Shown in pieces: positions 9,905 through 18,482 of a DNA stretch of 64,000 nt (its first letter is position 1; each line of letters opens with the position of its first letter). The notes beneath the pieces were generated by a model. It was not told the origin of the DNA. It did no database searches and saw nothing but the letters and a program-made list of their open reading frames with translations. The stretch covers positions 128,001 through 192,000 of the forward strand of contig OZ223236.1 in NCBI GenBank assembly GCA_965140445.1. Reading direction: 5' to 3'. This stretch comes from Candidatus Ozemobacteraceae bacterium (lineage in GTDB: Bacteria; Muiribacteriota; Ozemobacteria; Ozemobacterales; Ozemobacteraceae). The translations under genes were made by a program, and so were the position numbers.

Positions 9905-11071
9905 ATGTTGAAAACAAAATCAGCTTTGTTGCTAATTGTATTCTCTATATTATGCGTTAGCACTACGCTTGCATCGTCGTTAGGCGATTTAATGAATAGT
10001 GCTTCTAAAGATTTTAAATCTTCCTTTGGGCAGATGGAAAAGGTTTTCCCAGAAAAATATGATGAAATTCTTTCAAGACTTTATCGCCCGGAAGACCGCA
10101 TAGTCTATATTTTCAGAGAAATGACTGTGGCACAATTTAATCAAAGCCAGAAAAAAGAAACCATGCTTAATGGCTATCTAAAGAAAGCTTTGAATAGATA
10201 TTGGCTCCTTGAAAGCAACGAATTTAAGAAAGTGTTCCTCGCAGACTCTGCCTATTACCAGAAGCGAGCCAAAAAATATCTGGCCAAGCTGCCAAGTAAC
10301 TATGATCAAGCAGCTTTTTACTTCCTTTTTGATTCACTTTCAAAAGACATACCTTCATTAGCTCCTTTTACCAAATCTTCTGCTAATGCCCTGGATTGCC
10401 TGAAAGACATCAAACATCAGCAGGCCTACGCCCTCGCAATCGAAAATAGTAAGGATTTTTACAGAAAAATCCCCCTTATCTTCAAAAAAATTCAAAAAAT
10501 TGAGGATAAAATTGACGCTTTTATAGAAAAGCTTCAGCAAAAGTTCCTACTGGAAAAAATGATCCTGGCCTGCGATCATCTCATTCCCCAAAAAGACGGC
10601 AAAATGAAAAGCATTCTTACAAATTTAAAAAGCAGACTTGGCAAAAGGCTTTTAGACAAAATTATCTCCAACCTGGAGGTTCAACTTGAAACAGGCCTTG
10701 AGAGCGATGCTGTGACTGGGATAATGAAATCATCCATGGGTGTCATGGTTTCTCAAACCCTCTACCAAGGTAGAATTAGAACCTTTATTAAAGAATTGCA
10801 GAAAGCAGAAAATATCAAGCAGCTCAATTGCTACCTTGAGATAATGAGTAAAGTTAAAAACAGTTTTGGAGCACTCAAAAGCAAGATTAGTGATCCACGA
10901 TCAAAAGAGACTCTCGATAAGATGAGCAAAAACTTTGAGAATATCAGCGTGATCATGAAATTGAAGCTGAGAAACCAGAACCAGGAAAGCAACGAATTCA
11001 AATCAATAACCAGCCAATTCGAGCAAATGATCAATACAGATGAATCAAATTGCCTTATTGAAAGCGAGTAA
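9905..11071 (+). CDS. Exported helical hypothetical protein
   Basis: GGAG RBS, TATAAT at 9869-9874, signal peptide TLA-SS. Confidence 0.7.
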   Translation: MLKTKSALLLIVFSILCVSTTLASSLGDLMNSASKDFKSSFGQMEKVFPEKYDEILSRLYRPEDRIVYIFREMTVAQFNQSQKKETMLNGYLKKALNRYWLLESNEFKKVFLADSAYYQKRAKKYLAKLPSNYDQAAFYFLFDSLSKDIPSLAPFTKSSANALDCLKDIKHQQAYALAIENSKDFYRKIPLIFKKIQKIEDKIDAFIEKLQQKFLLEKMILACDHLIPQKDGKMKSILTNLKSRLGKRLLDKIISNLEVQLETGLESDAVTGIMKSSMGVMVSQTLYQGRIRTFIKELQKAENIKQLNCYLEIMSKVKNSFGALKSKISDPRSKETLDKMSKNFENISVIMKLKLRNQNQESNEFKSITSQFEQMINTDESNCLIESE

Positions 11072-11127
11072 AAACATTATTTGAGCCTTTTATAAAATAG
11101 CTTCCAAAATGTAAAAAAGTTAAAAAC

Positions 11128-11161
11128 AAAAAAGCCACAGGACAAAGCCTGTGGCTTTTTT
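11128..11161. terminator. Bidirectional intrinsic terminator
   Basis: AAAAAAGCCACAGG-ACAAAG-CCTGTGGCTTTTTT between convergent genes. Confidence 0.85.
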
Positions 11162-11171
11162 GCAGTCTATT

Positions 11172-11483
11172 TTAATTCGCGTCTATGATTTCAAGAACCT
11201 TTTCATTGAAGTTTTTATAATCTTCGATCATCTTTTCTACGTGTAATCGCCCCTTATCAGTAGCCCGATAATATTTTCGGGCTGGCCCTTCATCAGATTC
11301 CTTTATGTAATTTACAAAGTATTCTTCTTTCTTTAACCTTGCTAACAAAGGATAAACAGTACCTTTGGAAATATCCATTTTCTGAGACACTGCCTGAATA
11401 ATTTCATATCCGTAGCAGTCCTTCTGAGTAATCAAAGCAAGAATGCACATCTCAAGTACACCTTTTCGGAATTGACTATTCAT
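11172..11483 (-). CDS. PadR family transcriptional regulator
   Basis: QFRKGVLEMCIL...YGYEI...GTVYPLLARL...GPARKYY. Confidence 0.93.
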   Translation of the reverse strand: MNSQFRKGVLEMCILALITQKDCYGYEIIQAVSQKMDISKGTVYPLLARLKKEEYFVNYIKESDEGPARKYYRATDKGRLHVEKMIEDYKNFNEKVLEIIDAN

Positions 11484-12621
11484 TCGCAGACTCCATCTTT
11501 TTAATTTTCAGGTCGCCTGAAACAGTCTTTCCCTCGATTTTAAACAGGCCCTCTCCTGAGCACTGACAATCGACTTTTACCGAACCAAATTTTCTTTTTA
11601 CAGAATCTTCCGGGAAAGAAAAGTCTGTTTTCATATCGCCAGAAACACTTTTAAACAGAACTTTTATAGCACTTTTTCCCTGGAGTTTTACATTTACATC
11701 CCCTGAAACAGTTTTAAATTTCAATTCTTCGGGCTGATTTAAAAAACAGGTTTTGATATCACCGCTGGTAGATTCAAATTTGATAACCGATATCTTAGTA
11801 TTTTGAGCTTTAAAATCACCAGAAACAGAGTTAAACACAAGATTGTGGCATGAAACTTCTTCAGATTTGCATCCGCCGGAGACTGTGCGCAAAATAAGAT
11901 CATTCTTAAGAAGAACATTTTTGTTTAAAATTTCTCCGCTGACGGACTTAAAGTTAAGTGAAGACAGATTCTCAGGCAATTCCAATAGATTTCCTGAAAT
12001 TGTTTCAACTCTTACATCGCCAGTAAAATTCTCTGGTACAAAAATTGTCATTAACCCATTTAAACTGGCACTTTTTTGATTTTGCCAGTTAATAAAGAAG
12101 CCAATAGTCTGGTTTTCCCCGTTGTATTTGTATTCCAATTTCAGGGGAAACTCTGGATTTGTTTTTGCAACGCCTTTTAATTCTGCTCTGAACATTTTTT
12201 CCTGAGTTCTGATAATCTTCACATCAGTGCTTTTGCAATATAGAACTTCAAGTTTTTCTGCAGTAGAGATTTCAGAATCTATAGCAAGATCAACATCCAT
12301 TTTTTCCCTGATAAAGGCACCGCTAAGGCCATCAAAATTGATATTTGAAGCAAAGTCCTCTAATTTTTTAAAAATTTTGGAGAATAGCTGTTTGCCTGAA
12401 CTTTTGGTTTCATTAGATTCAGCCCCCTTTTCACCCTGGAAATAATTCAAAGCAATCTCTTCAGGATTACCAAGTTCTTCTGCCGCCTGCTCTTCAGTTT
12501 TTCCTTCGGCCACCGCATTGGCAAAATACTCTTCGTAATCATAGATTACTTCTTTTTTTTCTTCCCAGTTCATGCCGCCAAGGGCCTTATCAAGTCTATT
12601 TAGAAATTCACTTTTGTTCAT
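11476..12621 (-). CDS. HAAS/DUF1700 domain plus DUF4097 (adhesin-like beta-repeat) protein
   Basis: MNKSEFLNRL...EYF...GKTEEQAAEELGNPEEIA; repeated KSVSGD/TVSGD motifs; start at ATG 12621 after GGGGAGAG. Confidence 0.85.
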   Translation of the reverse strand: MNKSEFLNRLDKALGGMNWEEKKEVIYDYEEYFANAVAEGKTEEQAAEELGNPEEIALNYFQGEKGAESNETKSSGKQLFSKIFKKLEDFASNINFDGLSGAFIREKMDVDLAIDSEISTAEKLEVLYCKSTDVKIIRTQEKMFRAELKGVAKTNPEFPLKLEYKYNGENQTIGFFINWQNQKSASLNGLMTIFVPENFTGDVRVETISGNLLELPENLSSLNFKSVSGEILNKNVLLKNDLILRTVSGGCKSEEVSCHNLVFNSVSGDFKAQNTKISVIKFESTSGDIKTCFLNQPEELKFKTVSGDVNVKLQGKSAIKVLFKSVSGDMKTDFSFPEDSVKRKFGSVKVDCQCSGEGLFKIEGKTVSGDLKIKKMESANE

Positions 12622-12651
12622 AACAACTCTCCCCAAAGTTTGATAAATTAT

Positions 12652-12696
12652 AAATATCACATACTAGTTTGTATTGCAAGCTAGTATGTGATATTT
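12652..12696. promoter_or_regulatory. Palindromic operator, likely PadR site
   Basis: Perfect 16-bp arms AAATATCACATACTAG / CTAGTATGTGATATTT around TTTGTATTGCAAG, overlapping promoter-like hexamers upstream of the DUF1700-padR pair. Confidence 0.65.
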
Positions 12697-12924
12697 GCAT
12701 AAATCGTTTTTTTCTCACCAGAACCCTTGTCTAGAAAAAGGCTTAACAGCCTTGAACAAGTCTTTTTTCTAAGCTATTGTTAGATAAATACAATCTGTTT
12801 TATCATTTTTTTTACTTTCTGGAATAACTACAGAAGATTATTCGGATTTGAGTATTCCACTGGCAAACGATTTATAATCAAAATGAAATGGAAAACGTAA
12901 AAAAGCATCTTGAGATATAGAAAT

Positions 12925-13404
12925 ATGGAACTAAACCAAAAAACCAGCTTTATTATAGAAAAATTAAAGAAATCCAACCTCTGGCAGCCAGTGGATGAAA
13001 AGCTTTTCCCATTATTAAATGAAATCAATGCTCTTTCAGGATTAACTACTGACGTCTCATGCGAAGGGCACGGAACAAGTTACCCATATATTTTTTTCAC
13101 AGTTGATGGAAGTGAAGCTTCATTTTTAAGCATTGGCATTCTTGTTCAGGCACTTAGACAATCTGGTTGGCTTGTTTCTGCAAGCAATGTTTCTTCAGCA
13201 ATGTATTTTGTTATTTCTCCCATAGAAGCCATCGCGAATTTGGAAAGTTCACAAAGTATGATTAAAATTCCAATTCCGGAAAGCCAAAGAGAAAAATGGC
13301 TCAACTTTGACTTCAGTTTATTGGCTAAAGCAATAAAAAAAGCCAGAAAGATGCCACAAATAACGTTAAGAAAACCACTTTTTAAGATGCCTGACAGTTG
13401 CTGA
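12925..13404 (+). CDS. Hypothetical protein with VDE...IN...TxxSCEGH motif
   Basis: ORF, start probably MELNQK; N-terminus reminiscent of TYW3-like proteins. Confidence 0.6.
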   Translation: MELNQKTSFIIEKLKKSNLWQPVDEKLFPLLNEINALSGLTTDVSCEGHGTSYPYIFFTVDGSEASFLSIGILVQALRQSGWLVSASNVSSAMYFVISPIEAIANLESSQSMIKIPIPESQREKWLNFDFSLLAKAIKKARKMPQITLRKPLFKMPDSC

Positions 13405-13583
13405 GGGATAATTAGCATCGGTATTTTCGGCTCTGCTCCCTGCGGGAGTTTCCATTGAATTTATTGCAGGTGATAATTATATAAACTGCTTAAAGCTTTC
13501 TTTCTTTGACCAGAAGGGCGAAAAAGTCTTTATTAATACTGGCTGGGGTTGGAGCTATGAGGCTTTGAGAGTTTGCGCAGATT

Positions 13584-14492
13584 TTATTGAGCAGCGCCAA
13601 CGGGACCCTTTCCAGAGAGAGGATTGAAGGAATTAAGATGCTTTTTTAGCAGCTCAGACGCAAAACTCTTTACACGTCTAAGTTCGTCTTTATCATAGCT
13701 AAATGCCAGTTTCTGACTTACCTGATCTGCAACTTCATGGAAAAAATCAAACATTTGCAGAAGTTTTTCTCCCATGTCTTTAAATTCGCCATTTGCATAT
13801 ACCGCAGCCAGCTTTTGCATGTGGGCTTCTGAGAGAAATCTCTTAAAATATTTGTCTGCTTTTCCGGTGGAAACTGAAAAATCAGTATCAACACCAACTT
13901 TCCAGCGAAGCATTTTCTTGAGCATATTCATTTGATATAGATCCATAAAGGTTTTTGCATAGCATAGCTCTTCTCTGCAAATGCCTTTTACCACATAAAG
14001 TGAAATCCACAAAAATTCGTTCACTGTGTCTCTAAATTCTTTTTCAGAAGGCTTTTTCACATTAAAGACATCTGTGCAGTAAACATCAACCAGAGCTTCA
14101 TTGTTGTCTTTGTTCAACAATACTCTTCTGTGCTCCTTTTCTGAGGAGAAGCTGGCTATATTTTTCTCATCAACAATGGTCAAATCAATTCTTACCCCGT
14201 CTGCAAACTGCATCAGATAAGCAAATGGTTCGTTTCCGTTGTAATCATACGGGCGATTGTACCAATCTTCGGGCATCTGCATGATAAGGATTTCGCCAAA
14301 ACATTTAGGCCAATCTTTCTCCGCTAGAAATGATTGAATATTTCTTACGACAAAAGCGATGTCATAATCACAAAATTCATCCTGCGTAGAATCAGGATTA
14401 GCTCTTGAACCATTTAAAACGACCGCTCTGATGCTCTCATCATGACCAGCTCTTTGGAGAATAAGTTCCATTATTTCGTTTTCATTTCTCAT
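13584..14492 (-). CDS. Aminoglycoside 6-adenylyltransferase family protein (ANT(6)/AadE/AadK)
   Basis: MRNENEIMELIL...LNGSRANP...DEFCDYDI...IMQMPED...YLMQFADGVRIDLT; KPSEKEF...NEFLW. Confidence 0.88.
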   Translation of the reverse strand: MRNENEIMELILQRAGHDESIRAVVLNGSRANPDSTQDEFCDYDIAFVVRNIQSFLAEKDWPKCFGEILIMQMPEDWYNRPYDYNGNEPFAYLMQFADGVRIDLTIVDEKNIASFSSEKEHRRVLLNKDNNEALVDVYCTDVFNVKKPSEKEFRDTVNEFLWISLYVVKGICREELCYAKTFMDLYQMNMLKKMLRWKVGVDTDFSVSTGKADKYFKRFLSEAHMQKLAAVYANGEFKDMGEKLLQMFDFFHEVADQVSQKLAFSYDKDELRRVKSFASELLKKHLNSFNPLSGKGPVGAAQ

Positions 14493-14508
14493 ATTGCCAG
14501 CCCCGTCA

Positions 14509-15321
14509 TTATTTCCGTGTTTGATTACTTTTTGGACTTTCCAGTTGCTGTAGTTCTTTTGCGGAAGACATCATATTTGCGATAGTTTCATCTGCATCTT
14601 TTCTCTCTTTTTGCGCCATACCTGGTAAGAGAATTCCAAAACAAAAAGCCCACACAAAAAAAGGAACAATCATTCCCCCCATTGCAGCAACATTTAGCAG
14701 GGTTAACATTGCCGTAAGCAGACCGAGGATTCCTCCACCCGCTCCATAGATCTTTGATCTTTTAACTCGCTCTTCTATTGGGGAATAATCTGCTTTCCAA
14801 AAGATTGTCAGCCCTTCCTGCGCCTTCTCAAATGTAATTCTGAGAGAGGATACTTTTGAGCCAAGATTACCGCTTGAGAAATGAAGCAATATCTCTTTTT
14901 CAGATACGGTTTCAAGCTTTGTTCCAGTTGGAGACTGACCCAACACCCAGGTAACCACCTTTTGCTTTATTTCATTGAAATCACCAGTGAGAGTAATGGC
15001 TTTCCGCTTTAACTTTAGCTCGTCCATCGCCCGTTGCAGAATGTCCTGCGGCAATCCTAATCGCTCCCCAGTTTTTGCCAGATCCTCGAACGAAAAAGAC
15101 TGTTCATTTTCGGCAGTAGCCCTTCTGGCCAATTCCATTTCTGTGGCTCTCTTTATGATCTCAGAAAATTCTGCCTGACTGTAATTCACAGATCGATCAG
15201 ACGTTCTATCAAACTGCGTTACTTCTTCAATCTCATCATTGGTGGAAAAATTATCCCAATCGTCGTTTTCAGTCTGCTCACCTGAATTTTGAGGTCTATG
15301 TTTTTCAAGTTCCATTACCAC
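14509..15321 (-). CDS. Hypothetical membrane protein (helical N-domain plus two C-terminal TMs)
   Basis: YSQAEFSEIIKRA...FSFEDLAKTGERLGL helical motif; two hydrophobic segments. Confidence 0.7.
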   Translation of the reverse strand: MVMELEKHRPQNSGEQTENDDWDNFSTNDEIEEVTQFDRTSDRSVNYSQAEFSEIIKRATEMELARRATAENEQSFSFEDLAKTGERLGLPQDILQRAMDELKLKRKAITLTGDFNEIKQKVVTWVLGQSPTGTKLETVSEKEILLHFSSGNLGSKVSSLRITFEKAQEGLTIFWKADYSPIEERVKRSKIYGAGGGILGLLTAMLTLLNVAAMGGMIVPFFVWAFCFGILLPGMAQKERKDADETIANMMSSAKELQQLESPKSNQTRK

Positions 15322-15375
15322 TCCCTAATCCTATAAAAGCCATGTACAACAAAAAACTAAATCCCATATTTATCA

Positions 15376-16557
15376 CTACTCTTGCTTAACTGAAAAAACT
15401 GGAAGAGAAAACTCAGCATAATAGTTTATCAAAGGTTGCTCGGCTTCTATTATCAGCTTCCAAGATATCGTTGAATTTTCTTCTAAATGATTATCTGATG
15501 AAAATTCTTCTGGGATAATCATTTCTATTGAAACCGATTTATTTTTACTTACCCCGCCCTCTTGTTGTGCTGACAGAACAAACTTTTTAGCAAACAGCTT
15601 CTCTATTTTATTTTCAGAAGAATCGAATGATTTTTTTTCACAAAGAATTTCACAATTTACGGTCGGTGTAGATAACTCTTCAGGCAGAAAAGCCTTCAGA
15701 AGGACCTTTTGTCCAGGGCATATTGGCACCGTTGGCAATTTCAGATGTATTTTTCGAGATTTAAAAAGTTGAAGATGTTTTCTGGCTGTTTTCAAAAGAA
15801 TCAACAATCCCGCAATCAGAGAAGCCATAGTAAAAATCCACATAAGGAATGGGATATTTACATTCAGAAATTTTAAAACAAGCGTAAACACTACAAAGAT
15901 TAAAAAAATTGAGCCAAGCAACCAATCTAAAACAATTAATGCATTTGGATTCGGATTTAATTGATTTCCTTTTAAATCAGGAAATGCCAGCCAGGGTTTA
16001 TTGGGATTTTCTGAAAGCAGTTTTAACTGATTTTGGCTATCTTTGGAAACATTGCGCATCACAAGAGTTGTCACCAACCCTCCTAATGAAAAAATAACGC
16101 CAAAAAAAACGGGAAAACACATTCCAAGATTGATAGCTCTAAAAATAAAAGCTTCAGACTTATCTTTTGGATTAACAAAGATTTGAAGCGGAGAATTATT
16201 GTCCTTTGATTTTTTAAGCTTTAAAAACAGGCTGTTTTTTTCTTCAAAATCGAAAGAATCCTCATCTTCAAAAAATATTTTACTCCCTATGAAATCTTCA
16301 TTTTGCAAACTATAGCTGTATTTACAATCAATTCCATAGATTTTGCGCCCCTTATTGTCCTTCCACTCAGTCATTTCTACGGATTGAATTTTTGCTGGAA
16401 CTCTAAGCCAATCAGAAGATTCATTGTATTTACAAATCTTTTTTGTACTCCAAAATAAAGTAAAAATTCCCGCCACGAAAAAGATTACTGCTAATGATTT
16501 GATTAGCGAACCTTTAATTTGCTTTCCAAGTAAATCATTTGAGTTTATCTGGCTCAT
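15376..16557 (-). CDS. DUF3592-domain membrane protein
   Basis: TM, then W..VPAKI...YSY...IFVNPKDKSEA, further TMs and a C-terminal beta domain. Confidence 0.7.
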   Translation of the reverse strand: MSQINSNDLLGKQIKGSLIKSLAVIFFVAGIFTLFWSTKKICKYNESSDWLRVPAKIQSVEMTEWKDNKGRKIYGIDCKYSYSLQNEDFIGSKIFFEDEDSFDFEEKNSLFLKLKKSKDNNSPLQIFVNPKDKSEAFIFRAINLGMCFPVFFGVIFSLGGLVTTLVMRNVSKDSQNQLKLLSENPNKPWLAFPDLKGNQLNPNPNALIVLDWLLGSIFLIFVVFTLVLKFLNVNIPFLMWIFTMASLIAGLLILLKTARKHLQLFKSRKIHLKLPTVPICPGQKVLLKAFLPEELSTPTVNCEILCEKKSFDSSENKIEKLFAKKFVLSAQQEGGVSKNKSVSIEMIIPEEFSSDNHLEENSTISWKLIIEAEQPLINYYAEFSLPVFSVKQE

Positions 16558-16687
16558 ATTTTCCCTTTACCAAGATTGTATTGTTTAATTTTACACATAA
16601 AATTTGTTAATTTGAAATCCTGAAATATGGGAGTTAGTTGCGAATTATTGATAAATTCTTCATTAAATTCTGCGTAAATTGGCCTAT

Positions 16688-17422
16688 CTAACCAAACAAT
16701 ATTGGCAAAATTGCTTTTACGAAAATAAACAACGCAATCATGGATGCCACGGCAAAAATTATATAGCCTTTGTATTGATTAAAGCCAGAATAAGGTACAA
16801 TCGCAAATGTCCATTTTCCATTTTCATCAAGTTTAGCAACGGCATTGGATTCGTCATTTGATGGGATGAAATTTGCGTCTACCAGTTTGGCAAAGTTCTG
16901 TGCAATTTGGTTCAGGGAAGTGAAAAAGCTCTTCTGACTCTTTGTTACCGCAACAACCCTTCCTGTATTTGTAACCATTACTACCTGGTGGGCCCACCAG
17001 TATTTTCCCATGTTCTTCTCTCTTCGTGCAGTTACTGAAACTGCGCAAATATCAGAAAAGTGCGCTACAATTCCACCCCTTTTATACCCAAAAAATCCGA
17101 ATCTATAGGTAAGGGCTTTTTTTGTTCCATCAAGGATATAGTTTAAATACGATCCTTTATAGCCCATTAAACACCCAATAAATAATACTAGACCAAAAAG
17201 CAATGGGGCAAGGGCGACCGCAGATGGCCCCACATAAAAGAACATCCCTCCAGCAAAAGCCACAAATCCTCCAATTGCCATACCCGAAACAAAAACCGGA
17301 GTCAAAAATGATTCTGTTTCAAGTTCTAATTGAGCTGGGACATCCCCACCTATTTTAAGAAGAGCCGAAGCCTTTGCCAGTTTGGTATTCTTCAGATTCC
17401 ACGAGATATCTTTTTGTTCCAT
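16688..17422 (-). CDS. Hypothetical membrane protein
   Basis: Two N-terminal TMs, soluble domain, C-terminal TM. Confidence 0.7.
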   Translation of the reverse strand: MEQKDISWNLKNTKLAKASALLKIGGDVPAQLELETESFLTPVFVSGMAIGGFVAFAGGMFFYVGPSAVALAPLLFGLVLFIGCLMGYKGSYLNYILDGTKKALTYRFGFFGYKRGGIVAHFSDICAVSVTARREKNMGKYWWAHQVVMVTNTGRVVAVTKSQKSFFTSLNQIAQNFAKLVDANFIPSNDESNAVAKLDENGKWTFAIVPYSGFNQYKGYIIFAVASMIALFIFVKAILPILFG

Positions 17423-17462
17423 CTTAAATCCTATTTCAAAATTAAAATGCCTTTTGCAGGCT

Positions 17463-18479
17463 CTAATTCGACAATTTGCGCTTTGCCGAAATCAGATAAA
17501 GAGCTTTTCGCTTAACAATGGCAGCCAGAGCTATCAGCATCTTTTTGGCCGTCAAGAAATCCGGCTTCTGACTTAAACTTCTTTTTAGTTGGGAGAGAGC
17601 CCTTACGGGGCTTTTTATCAAGTTCCCGAACCAAACCCGCCAAAATCTATCCGCGGCGTCTTGCGACACCTCCAAAGACAAGCAATTGCACTTTTCGACA
17701 AAGGCTTCATACAAAGAACACAGACTTTCAAGGCTGTTTTGTTCCTTCGATTCTTCAACAAATTCTGCGCGATATGAATTTATGCATTCCTGAACAACTT
17801 TTCGCTGCTGTTCATTCTTTCTTGAGGTAATACTCGAATTTACCACACGGGATAAAACCAGCGGTTGAGCCATAACATGCATTTTGCCACGATTTCGTAG
17901 TCGATGCCAGAACTCAATATCCTGCGCATAACGGCATTCTGAATCATAACGCAGCCCATTTTTCTTTAAAACTTCAGCTTTTAACAAAACTGAGGTATGA
18001 ATAAAATAATTCTCAGGAAAAAGCATTCGCCAGCGAAGCAGATCATCGTTAAGATCTTTGTCTGCGGGGAAAAATGGCATCGAAAAATTGCAGTTCTCCC
18101 CGGCCTCGTCAATAAAAAGGCAGTTTGTACCTAATAGTAAAATTTCAGGGTTTTCTTCCATGAACCGGGTCTGTTTTTTTAATCTCTCCGGAAGCGAAAT
18201 ATCATCAGAATCCATTCTGGCAATAAACTTGCCCTCGCAAAGTTCAAGCATATTGTTTAAAGAACGTGTCAAGCCTATATTCTCGGGATTTCGAATCAAT
18301 TTAATTCTGGAATCTTCATAACTGGAAATTATCTCCACGCTTTCATCAGCAGAGCAATCATCGGTTATCAAGAATTCAAAATCTCCGCAATCCTGGTCAA
18401 GAATGCTTTCAATCGCAGGACGTAAAAATTTTGCCCCATTGTATACCGACATTATTACACTTACTAAAGGCCTTGCCAA
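17463..18479 (-). CDS. Glycosyltransferase family 2
   Basis: VSVIMSVYNG...DDCSAD...ARMDSDD. Confidence 0.93.
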   Translation of the reverse strand: MARPLVSVIMSVYNGAKFLRPAIESILDQDCGDFEFLITDDCSADESVEIISSYEDSRIKLIRNPENIGLTRSLNNMLELCEGKFIARMDSDDISLPERLKKQTRFMEENPEILLLGTNCLFIDEAGENCNFSMPFFPADKDLNDDLLRWRMLFPENYFIHTSVLLKAEVLKKNGLRYDSECRYAQDIEFWHRLRNRGKMHVMAQPLVLSRVVNSSITSRKNEQQRKVVQECINSYRAEFVEESKEQNSLESLCSLYEAFVEKCNCLSLEVSQDAADRFWRVWFGNLIKSPVRALSQLKRSLSQKPDFLTAKKMLIALAAIVKRKALYLISAKRKLSN

Positions 18480-18482
18480 ACT

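Noticed and set aside
13411..13460. Short CTCCC-TGC-GGGAG hairpin as a REP/MITE element
   Set aside because: Single short copy; no second copy noticed in the window
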